Shown here: positions 8,449 through 18,016 of the stretch, one piece after another | Numbering within the stretch: position 1 is the stretch's first letter | Layout of the letters: every line of letters begins with the position of its first letter | Source: an uncultured delta proteobacterium | GTDB taxonomy: Bacteria > Myxococcota_A > Polyangia > Polyangiales > Polyangiaceae | NCBI GenBank assembly: GCA_963716725.1 | Contig: CAVQUB010000003.1 | Coordinates: 32,001-96,000, forward strand | DNA: 64,000 nucleotides | Direction of reading: 5' to 3' | The notes under the pieces: generated by a model | The model's database searches: none | Seen by the model: only the letters and a program-made list of their open reading frames with translations | What the model was told of the DNA's origin: nothing | Translations under genes and position numbers: made by a program

Positions 8449-9946
8449 AGCTCTCCACCCAGACCAGGGTTCGGCCGCCCATGGCCCCGGTCTGCACGGT
8501 ATCCCAGCCCGGGGGCAATGCCGGATCGACCCAATCGAAGACACGCGCCGCGTCCAAAGGCGACAGGTTGATGCAGCCGCCGCTCTTGCGCTGGCCGAAA
8601 TCCTCGTGCCAGTAGCTCGCGTGAATGGCGAAGGGCCGCTCGAAGTAGATGGTCCACGGCACGTCGGCGATCCAGAACGAGCCGAGGCCGCTGCCCATGC
8701 TCGAGTAGTGGTGCTTGCTCTCGATGAAGAAGCGCCCGCGGGGCGTCGGGTTGATCTTGCCGGGTGATACCAACGTCGAAAATACCGGCTTGTCGCCTTC
8801 GTACAGCGTCAGTGTGCCGAGCCCCGCCCGCACGTGAATCCACTTCCCGCCGGGGTTCACCTGTCGGGGGACCTTCGGGTCGGCGTCCACCCGCGTCGCA
8901 TCGCTCGCGGCGATATAGACGCCCGGCTCACGAGTCTCCAAGAATCGGCGCTTCTCGCTGGCCTCCTCGCGGCCCGTCAGCGCGACGTGGGTCTTCACCG
9001 GCCAGCGCTCGCCGGTTTCCACGAATCCGTCGTCGGCCTTCCGCCACTTGGGCCGGTCGCGCTTGCGCATCCAAGCGATGGGCAGCTCCAGGCCCGAGCC
9101 CAGCTCGACTCCGCGGAACTTCGAGACGCGAAACCGCTTCAGTCCGCGCGCGGGGATCACGCTCAGCTCCGTCGTGAGCACCCAAGTCTCGCCGTAGGCC
9201 TCGAAGGCGCGCGTGAACGCGATCATGTTGCCCGCCGGGAAGTGGCCGAGGAAGGTGCGCTGCTGCTCTCCGCGGGGCCCCGGCGCTTTGGCGTCGTCGC
9301 GCAGGAAGTCGGGCATGGGACCATTGGGCTCGATGGGCGCCATCTCCGCCAGCTCGTCGTGTCCCTCCATGGCGCCTTCCATCCGAGGCTGCTCCCGCTT
9401 TCCGATCTTCCAGCGCAGCTCGGTGGCGGGAACGGGGCGGCTCAGCATCGGCGCCCCCACGCTCAGCGCGTACTGATACGGCATCACGCCGGGCGCAGGC
9501 TCCGTCCAGCGGCCGGCCTGCATCCACGCGGATCGCATGTCGAGCGTTGCGCGCCGGCCCGCACACACGAATCCGTGCTCGACGCGCACGAAGCGCGGGC
9601 ACTTGCCGTCACCGCGAACGGGCTCTGGATCGAGGATCGGAACGCTGCCCGCCACTCGAACGCTGCCGAGCGACAGTGACTCCGATCGCGGCTTCGGTTT
9701 GATCCATGTGCCGTAGCCCAGCGAGCCGACGCCGGTCCCCGCCGCTGGCAAGTTGCTTCGCGGGTAGCGGGCGCCGAAGTACTCGGCCGCCGCGATGTCG
9801 CGCGACGCGGCTGACGTCGTGCCGACCGTCGATGCGGCAGCCGGCTCCTGTCCGCTGCTCACCCCCAGCGAAGACTGCGGCGCCGGCTCTGGGCCAGCCG
9901 CACAGGAGACGGCGAGCCACGCTCCGGCGAGATCCCTTCGACGCAC
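8447..9946 (-). CDS. L,D-transpeptidase (YkuD domain) lipoprotein
   Basis: C-terminal AIHASYWH...SGGCINL catalytic motif. Start GTG 9946 or TTG 9982. Confidence 0.85.
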   Translation of the reverse strand: MRRRDLAGAWLAVSCAAGPEPAPQSSLGVSSGQEPAAASTVGTTSAASRDIAAAEYFGARYPRSNLPAAGTGVGSLGYGTWIKPKPRSESLSLGSVRVAGSVPILDPEPVRGDGKCPRFVRVEHGFVCAGRRATLDMRSAWMQAGRWTEPAPGVMPYQYALSVGAPMLSRPVPATELRWKIGKREQPRMEGAMEGHDELAEMAPIEPNGPMPDFLRDDAKAPGPRGEQQRTFLGHFPAGNMIAFTRAFEAYGETWVLTTELSVIPARGLKRFRVSKFRGVELGSGLELPIAWMRKRDRPKWRKADDGFVETGERWPVKTHVALTGREEASEKRRFLETREPGVYIAASDATRVDADPKVPRQVNPGGKWIHVRAGLGTLTLYEGDKPVFSTLVSPGKINPTPRGRFFIESKHHYSSMGSGLGSFWIADVPWTIYFERPFAIHASYWHEDFGQRKSGGCINLSPLDAARVFDWVDPALPPGWDTVQTGAMGGRTLVWVES

Positions 9947-10020
9947 GGCGGAATTGTCGCGCGGCGCGGGCGCCAGTGCCAAGATCCGTCGCCGCCAACG
10001 CGAGCGCTGGCCTGCCGCTC

Positions 10021-11103
10021 TCAGGAACGTTTGCGCAGGAGCAACGACCCGGCGGTGTAGCCGGCGCCAAACGCGCAGATCACGCCGTAGTCACCGTCCC
10101 GGAGGTCGCCGCGGTGCTTGTCGAAGGTCACGAAGGCGCCCGCCGCGGCCGTGTTCGCGTGCGTCTCCAGGGTCGTTGGCAGGCGGCCGTTCGAGCTGGG
10201 GCCCACGAGGCGCTCGCCGATCGCGGCGTTGAGGCGCGCGTTGGCCTGGTGGAGCCAGAACCGGCGAACGTCGCTGGCGGTAAGCTTCAGCTCGTCGAGC
10301 TGGGCTTCGATGATGGTGGGCACGAGCTTGACGATGTCGCGAAAGACGCGCCGCCCTTCCTGGTAGAAGAGCTTGTCCGCCGCGTCGCGGTGTTCGGTGT
10401 CGCAGCGGTTGAGGAAGCCGCAATTGTTGCGGACGTTGTTCGAATACTTGGACACGAGGCGGCAAGCGAGGATCTCGAAGCCCGGTCGATCTGCCTCGAG
10501 CACCAGGGCAGCGCTGGCGTCGCCGAGGATGAAGTGGCTGTCGCGGTCCTTGAAGTTCGCGTAGGCGCTGGGGATCTCGGGGATGCACACGAGCGCGCAC
10601 CGCGCGCGCCCGAGCTGGATCGCGTCGTGGGCGAGCTGAAGCGCGTAGACCCCGGAGCTGCACCCGGCCGAGACGTCGAACGCGAATCCGCTCGCGTCGA
10701 GGGATGCTTGCACCTCGATGGCGATGGCCGGGTAGGGTCGCTGCAAGCTCGACGCTCCGACAACGACCATGTCGATTTCTCTTGGTTCGCGGCCCGACTC
10801 GGCGATGGCCTTGCGCGCGGCGTCGAGCGCGAACTCCGCTTGCACGGACACCTCGTCGTCCGGACGATCGGGGATGTCGGGGCACATCCGGTCGAGGGCG
10901 AGGACGCCGGCTTTGTCCCACAGGAATCGCGAACGGATCCCCGAGACCTTCTCGATGAACTCAGGACTGGAAGGTTCCGTGATCTTTGGACCAACGGCCT
11001 CTGCCCAGGCGTTGAACGTGGCGCAGAGCTCTTCGTTGCTCACGGAGTTCTCCGGCACGTGCGAGCCGACCCCCGTGATGCAGACTCGTCGATCGAGCAT
11101 CAC
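10021..11103 (-). CDS. fabH: beta-ketoacyl-ACP synthase III (FabH-like)
   Basis: AGCSS active Cys, GDAS, WLHQAN, ANT, CAFGAGY motifs. Confidence 0.85.
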   Translation of the reverse strand: MMLDRRVCITGVGSHVPENSVSNEELCATFNAWAEAVGPKITEPSSPEFIEKVSGIRSRFLWDKAGVLALDRMCPDIPDRPDDEVSVQAEFALDAARKAIAESGREPREIDMVVVGASSLQRPYPAIAIEVQASLDASGFAFDVSAGCSSGVYALQLAHDAIQLGRARCALVCIPEIPSAYANFKDRDSHFILGDASAALVLEADRPGFEILACRLVSKYSNNVRNNCGFLNRCDTEHRDAADKLFYQEGRRVFRDIVKLVPTIIEAQLDELKLTASDVRRFWLHQANARLNAAIGERLVGPSSNGRLPTTLETHANTAAAGAFVTFDKHRGDLRDGDYGVICAFGAGYTAGSLLLRKRS

Positions 11104-11289
11104 GTCCGACTAAGCGATTTGGACCCCATCGGCCAGCATGAACTGGTTTCACACCCGAAACCTAGAGCGATCGCGTCGCGCTAGGAAATCCCACCTGCCA
11201 AAACCCACCGAAGCTCAGGGTACTCGCGTCGCGCTTCGAAGTCGAGCGGACGCCGCGATGCGCAAAGGGGAATCGAATGGTCTGCTCAG

Positions 11290-11580
11290 CGGCTTGCCCG
11301 GGCTCGGAGGGGCAAGTCCCCGGAGAATCGTCCGCGCACAGCTCCTCGCTGGGGCGCTGGGTGAGCGAGAGCATCACGACCCATTCTTGCCAAGCCGACA
11401 AGCCGGGCCTTTGCGCTCGCGGTGAAGTCCCGCGCCTGAGTCTTCTCATCCGCGAGCAGATGGTGGGCGAGTGGCAGGACGTCTTCCTGTCGCTCGCGCA
11501 ATGGCGGCACCTCCAGCGTCAGCACCTTCCAAGGGTCAACCTGGTCTTTCGAAGAGAGCACGACCACCAAGGCCTCGCCG
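11290..11580 (-). pseudogene. degenerate fragment of a sigma54-activator AAA+ domain
   Basis: VLTLEVPPLRERQEDVLPLAHHLL...FTASAKARL, with no start, Walker A or GAFTGA. Confidence 0.6.
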
Positions 11581-11593
11581 GAGGCTGCTGGGC

Positions 11594-12796
11594 TCACCGC
11601 CCGGATGCCTTCTTCTTCTCGTCGGCCTTCGCCTTCTCGTCCGCCTTCTTCGCCAGGTCGTCGAGGGCGGCTTGCAGATCCGCTCGGCTGTAGGGCAGAC
11701 GGGCGATGGCATCGTTCTCGGCCTTCTGCGCTCGCTTCAGCTTGGCGGTCGCGTCCGTGGCCTTGTCGACCCAAGCCGACTTCTCGGCGGTGCGCAACGC
11801 CATGCTGAGCGTGTGCTCCATCATGGTGAGCGCCTTGTCCAGCAAGATGCTGTAGCGCAGGCGCATCGCCCCCTCGAAGAGCTGCTTCCGCTTGTCGGTG
11901 TCGGCCTTCGGCTGGTGCACGTCCATCAGGTCTTCGTGTAGCTTCTGGTACAGCTCCCCCACACGGAAGCCCGCCATCGCCGACCAGTGCGCGTCGTGGG
12001 CGCGCATCGAGTCCGAGTACGCGCTCTGCGAGTCGAGCAAGAGCTGACAGCGCTCTTCGAGCACCGCGGGGAAGTTGGCGGGCAGCGGGTTGAAGCGGAT
12101 CTTCTCGGCGCGCAGCCGGCGAACTTCGCCCAGCGCGAAGTAGAGCTGCGCCACGTCGCGGGGGATCTTGCCGGCGGCGTCGAGCCGGTGCTCTTCGACC
12201 AGTGTGCGAGCCTTCTCGATGTTGTAGCTCGCGCCATCGACGTCCCCCTCGGAGACTCTCCACAGCGCCTTGCCGCCGTGGGCCACGATGCTCTCGAGAT
12301 AGTCGCGATCGGGGTAGCGGGTCATGAACAGCTCCGACGCTTCGCCGCAGCGCCGCCAACGCTCGAGGAAACAGGCCAGCCGGATCGCACGCAAGAGCGC
12401 GTCACGCGCCAGCGCGTGCTTCGGAAACCGGCTGGCGACCTGCTCGAAGCGCTGGAGGCTCGACTCGCGATTGCCGGCCTGCTCGTGGGACAGCCCGCCC
12501 TGGTGCAGCGCCTCGGCGGCGCGCGGGCCGTCCGGATCGAGCCGGTAAACACGATCGAAGCCCGTGGCCGCCTCGGCCGCCGCGCCTGCGGCCTGCCGCT
12601 CCGACGCCTGGGCAAACAGCTCGTCGATGTCGGCGGCGCTGCCGGGAGTGACCACGGTGCGCGGCACCACCACCGGAGTGCCCGGCGCGGAACCTCCGGG
12701 ATTCGTTGGCGTCGACGGGGCGGCAGCGGGACGTGCCCCGGAGCTGCAGGCCGATACGAGGGCAGCCAAGAGCGGCGGTGCAAGACGCATGCTCAC
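11594..12796 (-). CDS. tetratricopeptide-repeat lipoprotein
   Basis: Lipobox VSAC; TPR-like helices (AAEALHQGGL, QLYFALGEV). Confidence 0.75.
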   Translation of the reverse strand: MSMRLAPPLLAALVSACSSGARPAAAPSTPTNPGGSAPGTPVVVPRTVVTPGSAADIDELFAQASERQAAGAAAEAATGFDRVYRLDPDGPRAAEALHQGGLSHEQAGNRESSLQRFEQVASRFPKHALARDALLRAIRLACFLERWRRCGEASELFMTRYPDRDYLESIVAHGGKALWRVSEGDVDGASYNIEKARTLVEEHRLDAAGKIPRDVAQLYFALGEVRRLRAEKIRFNPLPANFPAVLEERCQLLLDSQSAYSDSMRAHDAHWSAMAGFRVGELYQKLHEDLMDVHQPKADTDKRKQLFEGAMRLRYSILLDKALTMMEHTLSMALRTAEKSAWVDKATDATAKLKRAQKAENDAIARLPYSRADLQAALDDLAKKADEKAKADEKKKASGR

Positions 12797-12992
12797 TCAG
12801 TGTAGCTTGCCTCCTTCAGAGTTCCCGAAATTACCCGTTGACCGCCGAGGTGAGGCTCTTAAGTTTGGTGCGTGGTCGAAACCGCGACAGCGCGTCGATC
12901 GCGTCCCCCTCGGGGGGCGGCCTGGGGGTCTGCCGTGGGGCATGAAGTCGCGCTGTGGTGTGTCCATTCGATCGACAACCGGAGGTCAGCAC

Positions 12993-13175
12993 ATGAATGA
13001 GCGTACGTCAGTGGGCAGTCTCGAGAACCTGCAGCATGAGCACCACGAGCTGAAGGGCATGGTCAGAAAGCTCGAACGACGCGCGTTCCTGACGCCGACC
13101 GAGCAGCACCACATGACCGAGCTGAAAAAGCAGAAGCTCGCGGCGAAGGATCAGATCGCCGCGCTCAAGCGCTGA
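12993..13175 (+). CDS. DUF465/YdcH-family small coiled-coil protein
   Basis: EHHELK...LTPTEQ..MTELKKQKLAAKDQI; RBS GGAGGT; TTGACC..TAAGTT sigma70-like promoter at about 12838. Confidence 0.8.
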   Translation: MNERTSVGSLENLQHEHHELKGMVRKLERRAFLTPTEQHHMTELKKQKLAAKDQIAALKR

Positions 13176-13187
13176 AGCGCAGCCGCC

Positions 13188-13410
13188 TCAGGGCTCTCGG
13201 TCTTCATCGACCAGCTGCTCGACGAGCTCGCGCCAGAAACGAGCGCAAGGTCTCGACTGGCACATCGCTACGCGTGAAGAAGTCGAGGTCCTTCGACACC
13301 CGGTGCTTGACGTAGAACCCTGCAAGCGCCGTCCCGCCGCTGAGGTAGAAGGAATCCCGGATTGGCGACTTCGCGAGCGCGCCGACCGTCCCGGCCTGAC
13401 TCGGATGCAT
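13188..13410 (-). pseudogene. AbiEii-type nucleotidyltransferase (type IV toxin) remnant
   Basis: FYLSGGTALAGFYVKHRVSKDLDFF motif, then truncation/frameshift after about 60 codons. Confidence 0.75.
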
Positions 13411-13438
13411 TGAGCAAACCCGCCGGCGCCGCAGACGC

Positions 13439-13945
13439 TCAGATCGTCACGCACTCGCCGGCTTGGCAGGTCTGGCCTTCGTCGCAGTCTTTGTTGGCGT
13501 TGCACTTGCCCGGTGCCGGCGCGGGCAGCTGCTCTGGACCCTTGGTGGTCTCGGTCGCGGTGGAGCGACTCTTGTCGAGACGCTCACCGCCGCCGTACAC
13601 CTCTTGGTTCAGATCGTTCAGCGCCTCGTCGAGGCGTTGCTTCCACGGCGCTCCGAGCCCACCAGGATGCTCTTGCTCGATGGCCTTTGCCACCGCGAGC
13701 CAGTGCCGCGCGTCAGCGCGGAAGCCCAATCGGTAGTCGGCCATCCCGCGCAGATACGAGTAGCGCGCCTGGTCCGCGAGCTCGAGCGAGTCCATGTCGG
13801 ACTCGAGCACCCGGAAGATGGCGAGCGATCGCTCGTACTCGTTCTCTTCGTAGAAGCGCTGCCCGCGGTTCAGATCTTCGCGATAGGTGGCGCAACCAAC
13901 CACGGAAAGCGCCAACGCGCCCAGGGCGAGCCAAGTGCGAATCAC
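13439..13945 (-). CDS. hypothetical TPR-like lipoprotein with C-terminal 4-Cys module
   Basis: Lipobox VVGC; YLRGM..YRLG...ARHWL; CNANKDCDEGQTCQAGEC. Confidence 0.75.
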   Translation of the reverse strand: MIRTWLALGALALSVVGCATYREDLNRGQRFYEENEYERSLAIFRVLESDMDSLELADQARYSYLRGMADYRLGFRADARHWLAVAKAIEQEHPGGLGAPWKQRLDEALNDLNQEVYGGGERLDKSRSTATETTKGPEQLPAPAPGKCNANKDCDEGQTCQAGECVTI

Positions 13946-13978
13946 GCGGGCCAGCCTAGCCCCACCGCACCAACCGAA

Positions 13979-14611
13979 TCAAGGCGCGGGCGGATCGGCC
14001 TCGGATCGGCGCCGCCAGCGCATCCGGACGACCGGGAGCTGGTCCTCGATCGCCCGGCGTTCTCGGGGACTTCGTGCCCCGTAGGGGTTTTCGTCGATCC
14101 GGGGGCCTCCGGCCCAGGGCTCGAAGCGCGGCTCGAGGCTGACCACCTGCTCGTAGCCCTCGGCCCGCTCGACGACGTCGGTCTGGACGAAGAGCTCGCC
14201 CCCCGGCTCGATCACCCTAGCCAGCTCCCGACACAGCTCCGGAGTGAGAACCAAGCGCTTCTGATGGCGCTTCTTCCACCACGGATCGGGGAAGTGCAGG
14301 TAGGCGATCCCCACGCAAGCGTCGGGGAAACGCCGAATGGCATCCCGGGCATCCTCGGCGAACACCCGGGCGCGGTCGCCGAAGCCGCGGCCTTGGAGCC
14401 TGCGGTCGACGAGGGTCGCCCACTTTCTCCGGATCTCGAGGCCAACCATGCGCGCGCTGGGCTCAGCCTCGAGGCGTTCGATGAGAAACCAGCCCCGTCC
14501 CGGACCGATCTCGAGCTCGATGGGCGCGGAGCCCGCGCCGACCAATGCCCGCGGATCCACCGCGTCACCCTCGGGCAAGACCGGGGCGTCCACGTAAGGA
14601 TCGTTCCGCAT
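13979..14611 (-). CDS. trmB: tRNA (guanine-N7)-methyltransferase
   Basis: ELEIGPGRG, GLEIR, HFPDPWWKKRHQKR, QTDV motifs. Confidence 0.92.
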   Translation of the reverse strand: MRNDPYVDAPVLPEGDAVDPRALVGAGSAPIELEIGPGRGWFLIERLEAEPSARMVGLEIRRKWATLVDRRLQGRGFGDRARVFAEDARDAIRRFPDACVGIAYLHFPDPWWKKRHQKRLVLTPELCRELARVIEPGGELFVQTDVVERAEGYEQVVSLEPRFEPWAGGPRIDENPYGARSPRERRAIEDQLPVVRMRWRRRSEADPPAP

Positions 14612-14642
14612 GGGCGTCCGGATATCATGCCGGGCGTCCGAG

Positions 14643-16643
14643 ATGGCAGCTCCGAACTTCAAAGCGATGGCAAAGCCCTGGCTGCCGTGGGCCGCGGTCT
14701 CGGGCGTGCTCGCCGTGGTGAGCATCCGCGCCGTCCTGGCGGAGACGGGCGGCGAGCCGGCGGTGCCGCTCGACGACAGCTTCATCCATTTCCAGTTCGC
14801 CAGGAGCTTCGCCAGCGGACACCCCCTGGCCTACACGCCAGGCACAGCCCCCACGCCCGGCGCGACGAGCCTGCTGTGGCCGCTGCTGCTCGCCCCGTTC
14901 TGCGCCGTTGGAGTCGGCGAGCTCGGTCTGGTGTGGGTGGCCTGGGCCTTTGGCTTCGTGGCTTTGTCGCTCCTCGCGATGGACACCCACCGCCTCGCGC
15001 TGGGGCTCACCAGCCGCCCCGTCGCCATCACCGCGGGCGCCATGGTGCCGGCCTTCGGGGGCTTGGTCTGGTGCGCGGGCAGCGGCATGGAGGTCGTGCC
15101 CTTTGCGTGGTTACTGGTGCGAGCAGCGAGGCTCGCGGCCGAGCGGGCCGAGAGCCCCACGCCGATGGCCAGGGCTCGGCTCGCGGAGCTGATCGCGGTC
15201 GCCTGCGCGGCGCAGCTGATGCGTCCCGAAGGCGCTATCGCCCTGGTCTGCGCTGCCGCGAGCATCGCGTTGCATGCGCGCGGGCGCGGGCGCGCGTGGG
15301 CGCTGGCGCCCATGGCCGGGCTCGGGCTCCCGCCTCTCGTCAATCGCCTGCTCACCGGTCAGTCGACGAGCACCACCGCGCTGTCAAAGTGGTTGCCACT
15401 CAATCCGTACCACCAAGACGAACGGCTCTGGAGCGCCATGCTCGCGAACATCGAGCTGGTCTTCTCAACGCTCTTCGACGGCAGGGTGTGGAGCGCTATC
15501 TTCGTCCCGGCCGGCGGACGCATCGTCGCCTGGCTCGCGCTGCCGGCGTTGATCGCCATGGCCTGGCACGCCAAACGCGGGCCGCGAGGCGCGTTTGTGC
15601 TGCTGATCGCCCTCGGCATGCTGATCCCCGCGAGCTTCGACTGCATGCTCTGCAATCGGCTGCGCTACCTGTGGCCCTTCGCACCCGGCTGGTTCATCGC
15701 CATCGCCGCTCTCGCCGAAGGCGCCGGGCTCGCCTTCGGGCGCTTCACGAAGCACGCCGGCGTCGCGCTGTCCGCGGGCCTGGTCGGCGCGTTTGCATCG
15801 CAGCTCTCGCCGTCCATCGACGACCTGGCGCAGAGCGCCGACGCCATCCGACGGCAGCAGACCAGCCTCGGGCGCTGGGCACGGGACACACTGCCCGCGG
15901 ATGCCATCATCGGTGTGAACGACACCGGCGCCATCGCTTACTTCTCCGGACGGCGCACCTTCGACGTGGTCGGGCTCACCACCAAGAGCGAGCCACGCTA
16001 CTGGGCGGCGGGCGCGGGCTCGCGCTTCGAGCACTACGAGCGAATGCCCCAGGGCCAGCTGCCGACTCACTTCATCGTCTACCCCGAGTGGATGGCGGTC
16101 CCGCAGATCATCGGGGAGGAACTCGCGTCGCGAACGGTCAACGCCACCATCTTGGGCGGCAAGACCATGACCGCCAGCGTGGCGAGCTACGACGTGCTGC
16201 GCTCAGCGGAAGAACCCTTGGGCGAGACCCGCGGCGAGCTCATCGACCGCCTCGACGTCGCCGATCTCGAGAGCGAAGCCGATCACGGCTACGCCCTCTA
16301 TTGGGCCACACAAGCCCAGAACCGCGTGCATGAGGCCTGGGTGGCCGATCGACGTCGCGCGGACGGCGGGCGAGCGGGCCGCACGCTCGAACGCTTCACG
16401 ATCAAGCTGCGACCGAGCGCGACGCTGGTCGCGCGCCTGATCGTCGAAACCCCGATGACGCTCGATCTGTGGGTGGACGGCCAGAAGCTCGCGCCGGTGA
16501 GCGTGAGCGCTGATCCGGAGTGGCAGGAGGTCGCGCTGCGGCTGCCGGCGGAGGTCGGGGACAAGCCCGCGAAGATCGAGCTCGCGGCGCCGGCCGGCCA
16601 GAGCTTCACCAGCCTTCACTACTTCAGCGTGGTGACGAAGTAG
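14643..16643 (+). CDS. polytopic membrane protein, GT-C-like glycosyltransferase
   Basis: PLDDSFIHFQFARS after TM1, GATSLLW, SGME, MRPEG, RYLWP, DTGAIAYFS..DVVGL; many TM segments. Confidence 0.7.
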   Translation: MAAPNFKAMAKPWLPWAAVSGVLAVVSIRAVLAETGGEPAVPLDDSFIHFQFARSFASGHPLAYTPGTAPTPGATSLLWPLLLAPFCAVGVGELGLVWVAWAFGFVALSLLAMDTHRLALGLTSRPVAITAGAMVPAFGGLVWCAGSGMEVVPFAWLLVRAARLAAERAESPTPMARARLAELIAVACAAQLMRPEGAIALVCAAASIALHARGRGRAWALAPMAGLGLPPLVNRLLTGQSTSTTALSKWLPLNPYHQDERLWSAMLANIELVFSTLFDGRVWSAIFVPAGGRIVAWLALPALIAMAWHAKRGPRGAFVLLIALGMLIPASFDCMLCNRLRYLWPFAPGWFIAIAALAEGAGLAFGRFTKHAGVALSAGLVGAFASQLSPSIDDLAQSADAIRRQQTSLGRWARDTLPADAIIGVNDTGAIAYFSGRRTFDVVGLTTKSEPRYWAAGAGSRFEHYERMPQGQLPTHFIVYPEWMAVPQIIGEELASRTVNATILGGKTMTASVASYDVLRSAEEPLGETRGELIDRLDVADLESEADHGYALYWATQAQNRVHEAWVADRRRADGGRAGRTLERFTIKLRPSATLVARLIVETPMTLDLWVDGQKLAPVSVSADPEWQEVALRLPAEVGDKPAKIELAAPAGQSFTSLHYFSVVTK

Positions 16644-16652
16644 CGACCGGCT

Positions 16653-17387
16653 TCAGATCAGGCACGCGGGCACGTCCAGACCCGCCTCGTCGAGCAGCGC
16701 GGCGTCGGCCAGGGTCACGCGGGCTTTGCCGCCGCCGAGGAGTCGCCCCTCACTCAGGACCAATACGTCGGAGTCGAGCTCGACCGCGGCCTCGAGATCG
16801 TGGGTGGCGAAGAGGGTCGTGGCGCCGCTGGCGCGGATTGCGTCCAACACACTGCGACGCGACCGCGAGTCGAGACTGGCGGTGGGCTCGTCGAGCAAGA
16901 GCAGCGCCGGCTCGAGCGAGAGCACGGCGGCGATGGCGAGCCGGCGCTGTTCACCCAGGCTCAGCGATTGCGGGCTCCGATCCTCCAAGCCCACGAGCCC
17001 GACGCGACTCAATGCGCCTCTCGCCAGCTCTTCGGCGTTGGGCAGGCCGCGCTGTCGAGGGCCGAACGCGGCTTCCTCCAGCACCGTGGGCAAGAAGAGC
17101 TGGTCCGCCGGCTCCGCGAACACGAAGCCGAGCTGCTTGCGAACCGTCACCAAGCTGCGCCGATCGAGCTCGAGATCGCCGACGCGGATCTTGCCGGCGA
17201 AGCGCGCCGCGCCGACCAAGGCGAGCAAGAGCGACGTCTTGCCCGCGCCGTTGGCTCCGACCAACGCGACCCGCGATCCCGCGTCGATGCTGGCGCTGAC
17301 GGCGTGCACCACCTGGGTCGGCTCGCCGCCCAGGCCGTCTTCGCGCCACACCTGGAGATCTTCGAGCGTGACGCGCGCCGGAGTCAC
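16653..17387 (-). CDS. cbiO: ECF transporter ATPase (CbiO/NikO)
   Basis: GANGAGKT, LSLGEQRR, LLLDEPT, THD; GTGA overlap with the cbiQ stop. Confidence 0.88.
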   Translation of the reverse strand: MTPARVTLEDLQVWREDGLGGEPTQVVHAVSASIDAGSRVALVGANGAGKTSLLLALVGAARFAGKIRVGDLELDRRSLVTVRKQLGFVFAEPADQLFLPTVLEEAAFGPRQRGLPNAEELARGALSRVGLVGLEDRSPQSLSLGEQRRLAIAAVLSLEPALLLLDEPTASLDSRSRRSVLDAIRASGATTLFATHDLEAAVELDSDVLVLSEGRLLGGGKARVTLADAALLDEAGLDVPACLI

Positions 17388-18016
17388 GAAGCCATCCCGT
17401 GCAGCGCGACGACGACGGCCAGCGCGCTCAGGCACACCAGCGCGTCCACTGCGCCGAAGCGCGACGCTTCCGGTGCTCCGTCGGCGCTGCGCAAGCGCAT
17501 CGCGAGATCGACGCGCTCGGCACGCGCGGCGGTGCGCACGAGCAGTTGCGACAACACCTCGGGTCCGAAGTGCTCTGCGCCGCGCAGGCGTCGGGCCAAC
17601 ATCAGCCGACGCCCCTCGGCGCCCACGTGGTCGAGCTGCCAGAGCAGCGTGTGCACCGCGCTCGCGAGGGACCGCGGCGTTCCCACGGCGACCAACGCGG
17701 GTCCGAGCTCGCGCAAGGGCATGGTGCTGGCGAGGCACGCCGACGCCAGCGCCGCTCCCACCGCGCGCAGCGCGATCACCACCACGCGTCCCAAGTCCAT
17801 CGAGAGCGCCAGCGGGACGAGCAACGCGCCGAGCGCGAGCAGCGCGGGCCCGAGCCGCCGCGCGAGCCAGGAGAAGCGCGGCCGGGTGGTCAGCAGCAGC
17901 GCGAGCAAGACCAGCGCCAGCGCCCACCGACTCGAACTCGAGCCGAGGGGCGCGGTCGCTATGCCCGCTGCGAGCACGACCAGACAGGTGATGCGCGCGA
18001 CGGGCGACACGCTCAC
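17384..18016 (-). CDS. cbiQ: ECF transporter T component (CbiQ/NikQ)
   Basis: TM helices; ARRLRG and RAERVDLAMRLR motifs; lies between cbiM and cbiO. Confidence 0.82.
   Translation of the reverse strand: MSVSPVARITCLVVLAAGIATAPLGSSSSRWALALVLLALLLTTRPRFSWLARRLGPALLALGALLVPLALSMDLGRVVVIALRAVGAALASACLASTMPLRELGPALVAVGTPRSLASAVHTLLWQLDHVGAEGRRLMLARRLRGAEHFGPEVLSQLLVRTAARAERVDLAMRLRSADGAPEASRFGAVDALVCLSALAVVVALHGMAS

Noticed and set aside
13463..16333. 956-aa plus-strand ORF and many similar long Arg/Ala/Pro-rich ORFs (e.g. 30197-32083, 51785-53755)
   Set aside because: Shadow frames of GC-rich genes; they overlap better-supported CDSs and lack motifs.
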